From Nitrosopumilus sp. (GTDB lineage Archaea; Thermoproteota; Nitrososphaeria; Nitrososphaerales; Nitrosopumilaceae), in the NCBI GenBank assembly GCA_965206745.1, contig OZ242220.1, positions 1,408,001 through 1,472,000 on the forward strand: DNA of 64,000 bases, in the 5' to 3' direction. The notes under the pieces are model-generated. The model had not been told where the DNA came from. It ran no database searches and saw only the letters and a list, made by a program, of their open reading frames with translations. The translations under genes were made by a program, and so were the position numbers. Position 1 is the first letter of the stretch. The number at the start of each line of letters is the position of its first letter. Below are positions 1 through 8,543 of the stretch, one piece after another.

Positions 1-2260
1 CAGGATCATGGAGTTTCAAAGTAACAGGCTGGCCAAATCGATAAGACTGCGAATCAGAAGATACGACGCCGGAGGTCGTGCTAATGTCAGACTTTGTAGA
101 TACAGGTCTAAAGGCCCCAGTAGCGTCAAGATCAGAGTAGGAAACGGAGATGCCCTCATCGGCAACGAGTCTGCCAGTGACAATGAATCGAACTTGATCA
201 TCTATCGCGTGTATCGTTTGGATAAATGCAGGATCCAAAATGTTTAGTTGGTTTGCAACAGAGTATTCCAGAGTTCCAGCAAACGTAGATGAGTCATCAG
301 ATGTCTCTTCTAATTCAAAGCGGTAAATAGCGTTATTGACATCATCAGAGTTTACGAGTCCGAATGAAAAGAAATCAACCATGATTGGTTGTGAGTTGAT
401 CCCATTGAGAATGGTTCCAACATCAGTGCTATCATTTGAAGAGTCAAAATTGATCACAAGGTAGACAGTTCCACTTTTGCCAAAGATGGATTGCGCATCA
501 GAGTCATCTAACTGGACAAGACCCTGAGGTGCCGATAAATCTCCAGAATCAACAATTGTTACAGGCAGACTGCCAGGAGAGCCAAAAGACAGCTCGATGC
601 TAGTATCAGAAAAGTCAGATATTCCAAAATCATTTGTAAAGGATCTCAGATCATAGTTGAGCCAATTGGTGCCATAGTGATTTGAAATGGACGTGTCAAT
701 CATCGCAGACTGCAACTCCAAGGCAGAGATGCCCAGATTCAGGGAGATCTTTTCAAAATTGCCATCAGCAAGAACAGGGGCATCAATGAATAACCTTGCA
801 GAGTTTCTGTCAGGAACAGACGAGTCAGCAGAATGGCCAGCATTTGGCGCATCAGTAGAGGAGGTAAAGAAATCAACGTCAAATGCATCTTCAAGTGTAA
901 TTGGTGCGCCAATCCTCAGTGTTGGGATAATGGCAGTATCCCTGAACACGTCCAGATCATCTTGGGATTCAGAATTGATATTCTGATCAGGATCAGCTAG
1001 GACTATGGGAAATTTTGTGCCAGGTTTTAATGAATTAGAGCCATCACCGATAGTAAGGGTCGGATCATTTAATGACACAGTGGCAGATGAGGAGCCGGTG
1101 AGGACCGAGATGGATCTGTCATTGTACGTTATTGACCCAGATTGGCCTCTTGGGGCATTTGAGAGGATTCCCAGTGTAGATTGATCCCGAAAGTCGGCAT
1201 TATCAAAGATGCCTGAGCTTGGGCCGTCCTCAACTAGCGTGATGATTTGGGAATATGTCACAGTTCCATCTGAAACACCGGTGTCAGGTTGTTCACCATT
1301 TGGCTGCAACTCAAGGATGGAACCGAGGTTCACAGAAAGTTCTCCATTGTCCTCAAATCCAATACTTGAAAGATGTGGAGCTAGATCTGCCAGGCCCGGT
1401 CCTCCATTTGCAGAGTCGGCCCCATTCTCATCATATGCCTGATAGAAAGTAGAGGGATCATCCCCCACAGCAAAAGTCCAAGAATCTCTATCAGTTGGGT
1501 CTTGGTTTAGTTGAAAATCATTTACGGTTAGAAATACCTCAGCATTGCTCGGATAGAGATCCCTATCAAGATTCAAAGAGATGTTTGGAATTTCATCATA
1601 TTCCAATGAGACCTGCTGTGACGGACCGGCAGGATTGTATCTGATTGTGACTGCACCAAATGAATAAAGCTGGATTAGTGGCCATGCATTAGGATCCAAT
1701 CCTATCTGGCCAGGCATGACATTTGGATTTGTGTTAATTGATTTTGGATTTCTAATGACATTGTTAAGGATTGGACCAGACGGCAGATCAGTGCAGGGGG
1801 CAAGTGAAGAATTGCCATCAGTGGAGCCGGGTGCATAACGAGGCAATGCAAACCCATCAGTTTCAGAAAAGGACACTCCAGTGACGGATCTTGGCGTGTC
1901 CCTGTCACAAAAAACACCAAAGTCCAGTCCTTTTCCAGCTAGGCCAACTGTGGAATCTGCATCCTTTGCGTTCTCAACGTTTGCAAAGTAGGCATACCAG
2001 TTGCCATCAGTTGCCTGAACCATTCGTAGTGAGTTGCCATTGAGTGTGACATCAGGTTCGCCTTTTCCACTACCGGTATCATGTAGATTAGCATCAATGA
2101 TTACCACCTCTACCACCATGGAACCAGAAAAATAGTTCTCAAATTGCGGGTTTTCAGCAGATACAAACAAGTTGGGATTGCCCAAAGCCTCAGCTTGGGT
2201 AGGAATCAGCAACACCAGAGATAGAGTTGCCAGTAAAATGAGAGAGTCCCTGCCAAGCAC
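1..2260 (-). CDS. Large secreted/surface protein (thaumarchaeal conserved family often labelled 'peptidase'); 3' end runs off the window
   Basis: Not in the ORF track because its stop lies outside the window. GTG at 2260 reads MLGRDSLILLATLSLVLLIPTQAEA (signal peptide) then NPNLFVSAENPQFENYFSGSMVVEVV. The same frame is open at the window edge (YRFGQPVTLKLHDP); the middle was spot-checked only. Confidence 0.8.
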   Translation of the reverse strand, partial: MLGRDSLILLATLSLVLLIPTQAEALGNPNLFVSAENPQFENYFSGSMVVEVVIIDANLHDTGSGKGEPDVTLNGNSLRMVQATDGNWYAYFANVENAKDADSTVGLAGKGLDFGVFCDRDTPRSVTGVSFSETDGFALPRYAPGSTDGNSSLAPCTDLPSGPILNNVIRNPKSINTNPNVMPGQIGLDPNAWPLIQLYSFGAVTIRYNPAGPSQQVSLEYDEIPNISLNLDRDLYPSNAEVFLTVNDFQLNQDPTDRDSWTFAVGDDPSTFYQAYDENGADSANGGPGLADLAPHLSSIGFEDNGELSVNLGSILELQPNGEQPDTGVSDGTVTYSQIITLVEDGPSSGIFDNADFRDQSTLGILSNAPRGQSGSITYNDRSISVLTGSSSATVSLNDPTLTIGDGSNSLKPGTKFPIVLADPDQNINSESQDDLDVFRDTAIIPTLRIGAPITLEDAFDVDFFTSSTDAPNAGHSADSSVPDRNSARLFIDAPVLADGNFEKISLNLGISALELQSAMIDTSISNHYGTNWLNYDLRSFTNDFGISDFSDTSIELSFGSPGSLPVTIVDSGDLSAPQGLVQLDDSDAQSIFGKSGTVYLVINFDSSNDSTDVGTILNGINSQPIMVDFFSFGLVNSDDVNNAIYRFELEETSDDSSTFAGTLEYSVANQLNILDPAFIQTIHAIDDQVRFIVTGRLVADEGISVSYSDLDATGAFRPVSTKSDISTTSGVVSSDSQSYRFGQPVTLKLHDP

Positions 2261-2349
2261 AGTCCTTGATATCGTTTTGTCACAAATAATGTTGTCGCAT
2301 TACTGCCCCTTAGAAAACGGTAATACGTGATTAAATCATTGGAAAAGGA

Positions 2350-3702
2350 ATGTTTGTTCAAAGAACCAGAGTCCTGCAGATTTCATTTTTGGCCATTTTT
2401 TCGGCATTTGTAGTAGAGTTGATCTTTGGACTAGTCTCAAACAGTCTAGCACTAATCACAGATAGCATCCATGCCTTGCTAGATAGCGTAGTTACCCTAG
2501 TTTTGCTTTTGGCAGCAAGATGGGCAATAAAGCCTCCAGATGCAGAGCACACGTACGGACATGGAAAGATTGAATCCCTAGGAGGACTAGTTGGCGGAAT
2601 AGCAATATTTCTGATTGCCTGTTTTTTCATTTACGAGTCAGTCAACAGGCTTCAAAGCCCCCCTCCAAGTTTGCCACCGGGAACAATTGCAATAGTCGGC
2701 GGACTGTACACGATCGGTATTGACTTTTTCAGGATTATTATTTTAAGAAGGGCCATCAGAAATATTGGCGGGGGCACCCTAAAAGCAGATTTTTATCACG
2801 CGTTTATGGATCTTGGTTCCACACTAGTTGCAATTGCAGGAGTCGCACTGGCATCATACGGCCTGTATTTTGCAGACTTTGTTGCAGCATTGATGCTAGG
2901 GGTGCTCTTAGCTGCACTAAGTGTAAAGCTGGTCTACAAAACAGCACTGGATTTGACTGATGTGATATCCCCGAAACTTGTAAAAGATGTCAGAGAGATC
3001 TCAATCTCAACAGAGGGGGTAGTTGACACAGGCGCAATACTAATGAGAAAGTCAGGGGATGTCATTTTTGCCGATGTCACCATATCATTGCGTGGGGATG
3101 TCAGTTTTGACAAGGCCCATGAAATTAGCGACAGTGTTGAGAGAAACATAAAGGATAAAATTCCAAATGCATCAACTACGATTCACTTTGAACCAAACTG
3201 GAAAGACGTTCCCTTGGCTTCAAAAATTTTGGAGATTGCCAAGAGTGTGGAGGGGGTCAGGGGGGTTCACAATGTCACCACGCATAAAACAAGGGGCAAG
3301 ACATACTCTAATTTGCACGTAATGGTAGACAGGGAGATCAACCTGTCATCTGCCCACAAGATCTCTGAAATAATCGAGCAGAAGATTCAAGGGCAGATTC
3401 CAGACATTGCGCATGCAACCATACACCTTGAACCGTTTGTAGCAGTTCCAGAAAATATCAACAAGGAGGATATTGAGACCGAAGAAAGGATCAAGGCAAT
3501 ATTAGAAAAATACCCAGACATCAAGAAGATCGGCCGAATATCATCTTTGAAATTCGAAAACATTCTAAAAATAGACATAGACTGCTCATTTGACAGGGAT
3601 CTGCCAATTGAGAAAGTTCATGACTTGACATCAGTGATTGAGCATGCCATTAGAGGGAAGATCAAAAACTCCATAATTACCATCCATCCAGAGCCAAACT
3701 AG
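2350..3702 (+). CDS. Cation diffusion facilitator (CDF) transporter with three C-terminal ZT-dimer-like domains
   Basis: SLALITDSIHALLD, PPDAEHTYGHGKIE and ADFYHAFMD motifs; three repeats ending IHFEP, IHLEP and IHPEP. Confidence 0.9.
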   Translation: MFVQRTRVLQISFLAIFSAFVVELIFGLVSNSLALITDSIHALLDSVVTLVLLLAARWAIKPPDAEHTYGHGKIESLGGLVGGIAIFLIACFFIYESVNRLQSPPPSLPPGTIAIVGGLYTIGIDFFRIIILRRAIRNIGGGTLKADFYHAFMDLGSTLVAIAGVALASYGLYFADFVAALMLGVLLAALSVKLVYKTALDLTDVISPKLVKDVREISISTEGVVDTGAILMRKSGDVIFADVTISLRGDVSFDKAHEISDSVERNIKDKIPNASTTIHFEPNWKDVPLASKILEIAKSVEGVRGVHNVTTHKTRGKTYSNLHVMVDREINLSSAHKISEIIEQKIQGQIPDIAHATIHLEPFVAVPENINKEDIETEERIKAILEKYPDIKKIGRISSLKFENILKIDIDCSFDRDLPIEKVHDLTSVIEHAIRGKIKNSIITIHPEPN

Positions 3703-4910
3703 ACCAGTATGCTAGTCAGGTACATCACCAGCATGCCTACAGAAAATCCTGAAACTACCGCAAGGCCAGACAGTTTCTGATCACTTTGATCTTGTATCCA
3801 CTTTAGAATAACAAATATCACCTGAAAGATGGCACCTGCGCCAACTGCCAAAAAGATCACCGATGTGAATGGGGAATAAACAAAGCCGCCAATCCATGCC
3901 CCAAAGATAGCAGGGCTTCCGGCAATCATTCCCATGGCGGCTAATTTTCCCAACATCAGTTTGCCTCTTGACATGGGGGCGGCAATGGCCAATCCCTCAG
4001 TCGTGTTATGCAGTGCAAAGCCAACAATCAGAAAAGTACTGAATGCTATCGAACCCATCCCAACAGCGGCACCGATTGCCAGCCCTTCACCAAAATTATG
4101 CAGTCCAATGCCAATGGAGATCATCAGTGCCATAGCCACAGGTTTTGTGAGTTTTGAAGAGCCTGCCTTGCTGGTGAGTTTGTTTCCTGCATAGTATAAT
4201 CCAAGAAAGGATAGCACCGTCACGGTGGCTACAAGCAGTGTCCCATTGAAGCTATCTGCCAGACTCTCATCGGACACCGCGATGGCCTCCTCAATGGAAT
4301 CAATTGCCAAGAAAAGCAGCAATCCGGCAGTCAGTGCTAGAAAGAAATGGTATTTTTGCCTGCTAATTTTTTTAATAAATGGAAGCCATAGCAGGCCAAT
4401 CATTACAGGTATCACTCCAACATACATTCCAATTATCGCAAAAAATATTGCAAGATCCAAAGACAGTTCCAACGCGGGGGCCGCTGCCTTGATCTCCTTT
4501 GCAAATCTTGTTCCGTCTTCAAGGGTGATTCCAATGGTGTACGGTTCTGCCTCATTCCATTCAAAGGGAATTCTGACGAGGGTCGTTTCAAATCGTTCTA
4601 AAAATTTATCAGGCTCAACTGCGGCAGGTTGAATCCTATCATTTACATCTGCCATCACCACCTCTACTGGGATAGGGCCAGTGTTTCTTACAGTAGCCTG
4701 TATTTCAGAATCGACAAAATCAACCTTTTCGATTGTTACTTCTGGAAGAAGGACCCCAAAATCCAGCAGATCGGCACCCGGACCAAAGATGTAGGCCATC
4801 ATCAGTATGACAAAGACAAACGGGATGATGCCGCTTGCAATGACTCTTCCCTTTGAAGAGTTACCATCAAGTGTCATAATCTGGTTCCAGAACTTGCTGA
4901 TTTGAGTCAC
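3699..4910 (-). CDS. ZIP-family divalent metal transporter with N-terminal extracellular domain
   Basis: GIGLHNFGEGLAIG and ALHNTTEGLAI ZIP signatures; multiple TM helices. Confidence 0.9.
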   Translation of the reverse strand: MTQISKFWNQIMTLDGNSSKGRVIASGIIPFVFVILMMAYIFGPGADLLDFGVLLPEVTIEKVDFVDSEIQATVRNTGPIPVEVVMADVNDRIQPAAVEPDKFLERFETTLVRIPFEWNEAEPYTIGITLEDGTRFAKEIKAAAPALELSLDLAIFFAIIGMYVGVIPVMIGLLWLPFIKKISRQKYHFFLALTAGLLLFLAIDSIEEAIAVSDESLADSFNGTLLVATVTVLSFLGLYYAGNKLTSKAGSSKLTKPVAMALMISIGIGLHNFGEGLAIGAAVGMGSIAFSTFLIVGFALHNTTEGLAIAAPMSRGKLMLGKLAAMGMIAGSPAIFGAWIGGFVYSPFTSVIFLAVGAGAIFQVIFVILKWIQDQSDQKLSGLAVVSGFSVGMLVMYLTSILV

Positions 4911-5913
4911 TTACAAGGAAGATTCCAACCCATCCTTTTTCTGAGAATTCTACTTTGTGGGCATGGAAGAGGTATTTTCCCGGAAAGTCGTATTGAAACT
5001 CCATTATTCCACGCTCAGTCTGGGATAAGGTAATCATATCGGTGTAAAACGACGGTACAAGGTCTGTTCCGGTGGGATAGTATTTGTACAGATTTCCATG
5101 AAGGTGGAAATTGTTTATCGGATCAAACTCTACCATATTGACAACATAAACTCGAATTAGTTGATCGGTGCTGATTTGGATTGGATGGTGCTGATAGTAA
5201 AACGGGATAGTGTTTGCAGCATAAAAGTTATTTTCAGTATCAAAATCAGTATCCAGTCCATTTAGCACCATCACCATTTCGTCAGCTGGTGTACGTTCGT
5301 CTTTTGGATCTACTATGAAGACCCCATAAAGGCCATGAACGATATGCTCCTCAAGAGGCATCACATGGCAGTGATATGGATGTACCCCCACAGGTCCGGC
5401 TTCAAATTCATATACGAATCTGCCACCACCGCCCCCGACTGGTTCAAAGACCCCATCCATTTCAGCCGGATGAATTCCGTGAAAATGTATCGTGTGCTCT
5501 TTGGAGCCATTGTTTATGAAATTGATTCGGAGCAGATCCCCTTCAGTCGCCCTAATGGTAGGACCGGGAACAGTTCCGTTAAAGGTCCACACGTTGTAAA
5601 ATACACCAGGGGAGACCTCCATGATTTGATCATCGTTGGCAATTATCGTAAACTCTCGAAGTGTCGTACCATCAGGTAACTCAGAGACATGCCCATAGTT
5701 GAAATCCCTTAAGAATTCCATCGGATCAAAGTCTACCGTTGAGACAGCATACAGAGGATCTATGATTTCGCCAGTTGTTTGCACTATGGCCCCCGAGTGG
5801 GTTACAAAGGTTTTAGGCTCTGATTGGGCATCAGAGAAGGTTGGAAAGAGTGCAATTATGGAGAATCCAATCACAACAGATAGCAGTAAGATCATGATAG
5901 CTGAACGGTGCAT
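4867..5913 (-). CDS. Two-domain multicopper oxidase (T1 site in domain 1)
   Basis: HTIHFHG, YHCH..HIVHGL, FHLHG and FHAH motifs; N-terminal signal/TM; ATG at 5913 lies about 30 bp below a TATA-like box. Confidence 0.9.
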   Translation of the reverse strand: MHRSAIMILLLSVVIGFSIIALFPTFSDAQSEPKTFVTHSGAIVQTTGEIIDPLYAVSTVDFDPMEFLRDFNYGHVSELPDGTTLREFTIIANDDQIMEVSPGVFYNVWTFNGTVPGPTIRATEGDLLRINFINNGSKEHTIHFHGIHPAEMDGVFEPVGGGGGRFVYEFEAGPVGVHPYHCHVMPLEEHIVHGLYGVFIVDPKDERTPADEMVMVLNGLDTDFDTENNFYAANTIPFYYQHHPIQISTDQLIRVYVVNMVEFDPINNFHLHGNLYKYYPTGTDLVPSFYTDMITLSQTERGIMEFQYDFPGKYLFHAHKVEFSEKGWVGIFLVSDSNQQVLEPDYDT

Positions 5914-5952
5914 TGCCAAGATATCAAAAAATGGCAAATTCTTTATTTAAAT

Positions 5953-6034
5953 TTACCCTAAGCTAACTTTTTTAGCCCAGTCTAACTTTTTTGTACAAGG
6001 ATCAGATGGCTACGAAAAATTAGGTTTAAACTAA
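5953..6034. promoter_or_regulatory. Putative DtxR/MntR-type operator boxes in the divergent MCO / 6054 promoter
   Basis: TTAC-N6-CTAA (5953-5966), TTAG-N6-CTAA (5972-5985) and TTAG-N7-CTAA (6020-6034). Confidence 0.5.
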
Positions 6035-6053
6035 AGACAATCAGCATAAATCT

Positions 6054-6557
6054 GTGCAAAAAACAGGATTGGTTATTGTGATTTTTGGTTTACTAATAGT
6101 TGCAGGATTGGCAATGACTGTAGTTGAAAATCAAGTGACACTGAGCGGAATTAGTCAGGGTAACGGAAAAGTCAGCTTGGTTGAAACTGTAACCATCTCA
6201 GTGGACATAGACAAGGAAGAGACACCAGTCGGAATTTTTGCAGTCCAAGTGATGGAATTCCAAGAGGATGTCATCTCCGCAAAGATATTGGATCCCATGG
6301 ACCATGAGATCATTTCTCAAAAAGTAGACGAGGAGACCATTGAAAGGGAATTTGACGTGCATGAGTCTGGAACTTGGCACTTGATCATTGAAAGTTCTAC
6401 AGACGATGAAATTTACGTGACAGGTGCAATCGGATCACTTCCCGATGAAAATCAAAAATTCATTCTCTCCACAGTCTCCTTTGCCATTCTCATCATAGGA
6501 ATGATAGGCCTGGCCGCTACTGGAATAAACGGAATCAGAAACAGAAGAGTCAGTTAA
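6054..6557 (+). CDS. Hypothetical membrane protein (TM, soluble domain, TM)
   Basis: 167-aa ORF with N- and C-terminal hydrophobic helices. Confidence 0.8.
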   Translation: MQKTGLVIVIFGLLIVAGLAMTVVENQVTLSGISQGNGKVSLVETVTISVDIDKEETPVGIFAVQVMEFQEDVISAKILDPMDHEIISQKVDEETIEREFDVHESGTWHLIIESSTDDEIYVTGAIGSLPDENQKFILSTVSFAILIIGMIGLAATGINGIRNRRVS

Positions 6558-6861
6558 GATAGCTGTCCATTTTTTCCAAACCGCTAATAGTGGCATCAAA
6601 GTTATCCCCGTCCTCCATAATACTTGAAAGCCTGTCAGAATTTGCAGCAAGCAGGCATCTTCCGTCGGCATCAGTCTTGGAGATAAATTCGTGTTCAATC
6701 AGATAAGATAACCTTTGGAGAACCTCAGATTCCGGTATGGATGATTGTTGGGCCAAAAACGAGCATTCTTTCTCCCCATCCTCAAGCTCGGCCAAAATAG
6801 ACGAGGTGGTAGGATCAAACATGCAGTCTATGACTTTTTCCCGATCAAAGGTCTCACCCAT
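6550..6861 (-). CDS. Winged-helix (ArsR-like) putative regulator
   Basis: DPTTSSILAELEDGEKECSFLAQQSSIPESEVLQRLSYL follows the ArsR-like HTH pattern. Confidence 0.65.
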   Translation of the reverse strand: MGETFDREKVIDCMFDPTTSSILAELEDGEKECSFLAQQSSIPESEVLQRLSYLIEHEFISKTDADGRCLLAANSDRLSSIMEDGDNFDATISGLEKMDSYLN

Positions 6862-6880
6862 GATATAACGCTAGATTTTC

Positions 6881-6920
6881 AAAGTTATAACTTTTTGAAA
6901 TATTATTCCAATAGAATAAT
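6881..6920. promoter_or_regulatory. Two palindromes in a divergent promoter
   Basis: Perfect AAAGTTATAACTTT (6881-6894) and ATTATTC-N5-GAATAAT (6902-6920). Confidence 0.5.
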
Positions 6921-6944
6921 TAAGAAAAAGATCTCAAGCAAGGC

Positions 6945-7097
6945 GTGCAAAAACTCTGTAGCAAGGATCCATCTGGGAGGGGAACCCACTGTTTTTGCAT
7001 AGATGTTGACGCCCAACGAGGCATCAAAAAATGCTGTAAATGTAATCAGTGGAATGTACAAGGTAATGACTGGACAAGCGATGAGGATTTCAGATAG
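6945..7097 (+). CDS. Small Cys-rich putative metal-binding protein (50 aa)
   Basis: GTG...TAG; MQKLCSKDPSGRGTHCFCIDVDAQRGIKKCCKCNQWNVQGNDWTSDEDFR; AT-rich TATA-like sequence about 25 bp upstream. Confidence 0.6.
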   Translation: MQKLCSKDPSGRGTHCFCIDVDAQRGIKKCCKCNQWNVQGNDWTSDEDFR

Positions 7098-7219
7098 TTT
7101 GGATCAAGAAATAAAGTCACAGGCATGATCGCAAAGCATCAATTGTAGGATATCTCAAAGATCAGCCAATTTGGTGCCTAGCATGGTTTTTATCGGGGAT
7201 TCTTCGAATTTTTGAATAC

Positions 7220-7792
7220 TTGAGCGCACAAGAATACAGACACATTGTCAGAATCGTGGGAAACGATATCCGTGGGGAGAAGAAGACAGTCATAGGATTG
7301 ACCCAGATCAAGGGCCTGGGCTATAATTTTGCAACGGCAATTATGGATACCATTAAAATTAATCCAAATTCCAACATTGGCAATCTTACAGAGGAGAACG
7401 TTAAAGCAATCGAGAAATTAATTACAGATCCCATCGCAGGTAGTTTTCCAACATGGTTTCTCAACAGAAGAAAAGATATTGAAACAGGGGCAGATTTACA
7501 TTTGTTAACATCAGATATTCCATTTACATTAAGAAATGACATTGAAAGAGAAAGGATTGCTGCAAGTTGGAGAGGCTATCGCCATCTAAGCGGTCTTAAA
7601 GTCAGAGGGCAAAGAACCAGAACCTCAGGTAGAAAAGGCGGAGCAGTCGGTGTCGCTAAAGGTGGATTGGCAGCTCCAGTTAAGAAAGGTGGAGCAGGGG
7701 CACCAGCCGCAGCTACAGCAGATGCAGAGGGAGCACCAGCAGAGGCAGCTCCGGCAGCAGAGACACCAGCTGTTGCGGAGAAGAAAGCATAG
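7220..7792 (+). CDS. rps13: 30S ribosomal protein uS13
   Basis: [31 protein letters not shown]; Ala/Pro/Glu tail; TTG start. Confidence 0.97.
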   Translation: MSAQEYRHIVRIVGNDIRGEKKTVIGLTQIKGLGYNFATAIMDTIKINPNSNIGNLTEENVKAIEKLITDPIAGSFPTWFLNRRKDIETGADLHLLTSDIPFTLRNDIERERIAASWRGYRHLSGLKVRGQRTRTSGRKGGAVGVAKGGLAAPVKKGGAGAPAAATADAEGAPAEAAPAAETPAVAEKKA

Positions 7793-7801
7793 GTGTTTTG
7801 A

Positions 7802-8491
7802 ATGGGAGATCCAAAATACCCACGTAAAGTATGGCGAAAACCAAAGAGACCACTCAATTATGAATTAAAGATGGATGAGCTGAAAACCCTCGGAACATTC
7901 GGATTAAGAACTAAAAGGGAACTATGGAAAGCACACACAGAATTATCACGTGTGAGACATCAGGCTAGATCATTGCTTGCATTAAGGCAAGAGGTTAGGG
8001 CCGAGAAAGAACCAATTTTGATGAAGTCTCTTGCAAGAATTGGATTGGTAAGTGCAGAGGCAACGCTAGATGACGTTCTTAACCTAGATGCAAATGATCT
8101 GCTTTCACGAAGACTGCAAACCATTGTCACAAAAAAATTAGGATTCAAAACACCATATCAAGCAAGACAGGCAGTCATTCACGGCCACATCATGATTGGT
8201 GAGAGAAAAGTCGACATTCCATCATACACAGTTACGATTAATGAAGAAAACAGCATTCATTTTGCACCAGAGTCAAAAATTCCAGAAATGTTGGAAAAAG
8301 CAAAAAAAGATAAACCTGTAGAGGCCCCAGTTGAGGAGGCTACAGATGCTCCTGTTGAGGGAACTGCAAAGGCTCCTGATAAAGAGACAGCAGATGCGCC
8401 TGTTGAGGGAACTGCAAAGGCTCCTGATAAAGAGACAGCAGATGCTCCCGCAACTGAGGCCACAAAGGATAAGAATTCTTCAACAGAATAA
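7802..8491 (+). CDS. rps4: 30S ribosomal protein uS4
   Basis: MGDPKYPRKVW, LSRRLQTIV, ARQAVIHGHI. Confidence 0.97.
   Translation: MGDPKYPRKVWRKPKRPLNYELKMDELKTLGTFGLRTKRELWKAHTELSRVRHQARSLLALRQEVRAEKEPILMKSLARIGLVSAEATLDDVLNLDANDLLSRRLQTIVTKKLGFKTPYQARQAVIHGHIMIGERKVDIPSYTVTINEENSIHFAPESKIPEMLEKAKKDKPVEAPVEEATDAPVEGTAKAPDKETADAPVEGTAKAPDKETADAPATEATKDKNSSTE
8343..8448 (+). repeat. 48-bp tandem repeat (about 2.2 copies) in the uS4 acidic tail
   Basis: CAGATGC.CC recurs at 8343, 8391 and 8439; encodes DAPVEGTAKAPDKETA twice. Confidence 0.95.
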
Positions 8492-8543
8492 TCGGAAAAA
8501 TAGACATACCAGTAAATAGCCCCAATTATCAAAATGAATCACA

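Noticed and set aside
8-1920. Short ORFs listed in 1-2000
   Set aside because: Shadows of the long minus-strand gene starting at 2260.
7003-7128. Alternative 41-aa ORF (MLTPNEASKN...)
   Set aside because: Overlaps the Cys-rich frame and has no motif or nearby TATA; less likely but not excluded.
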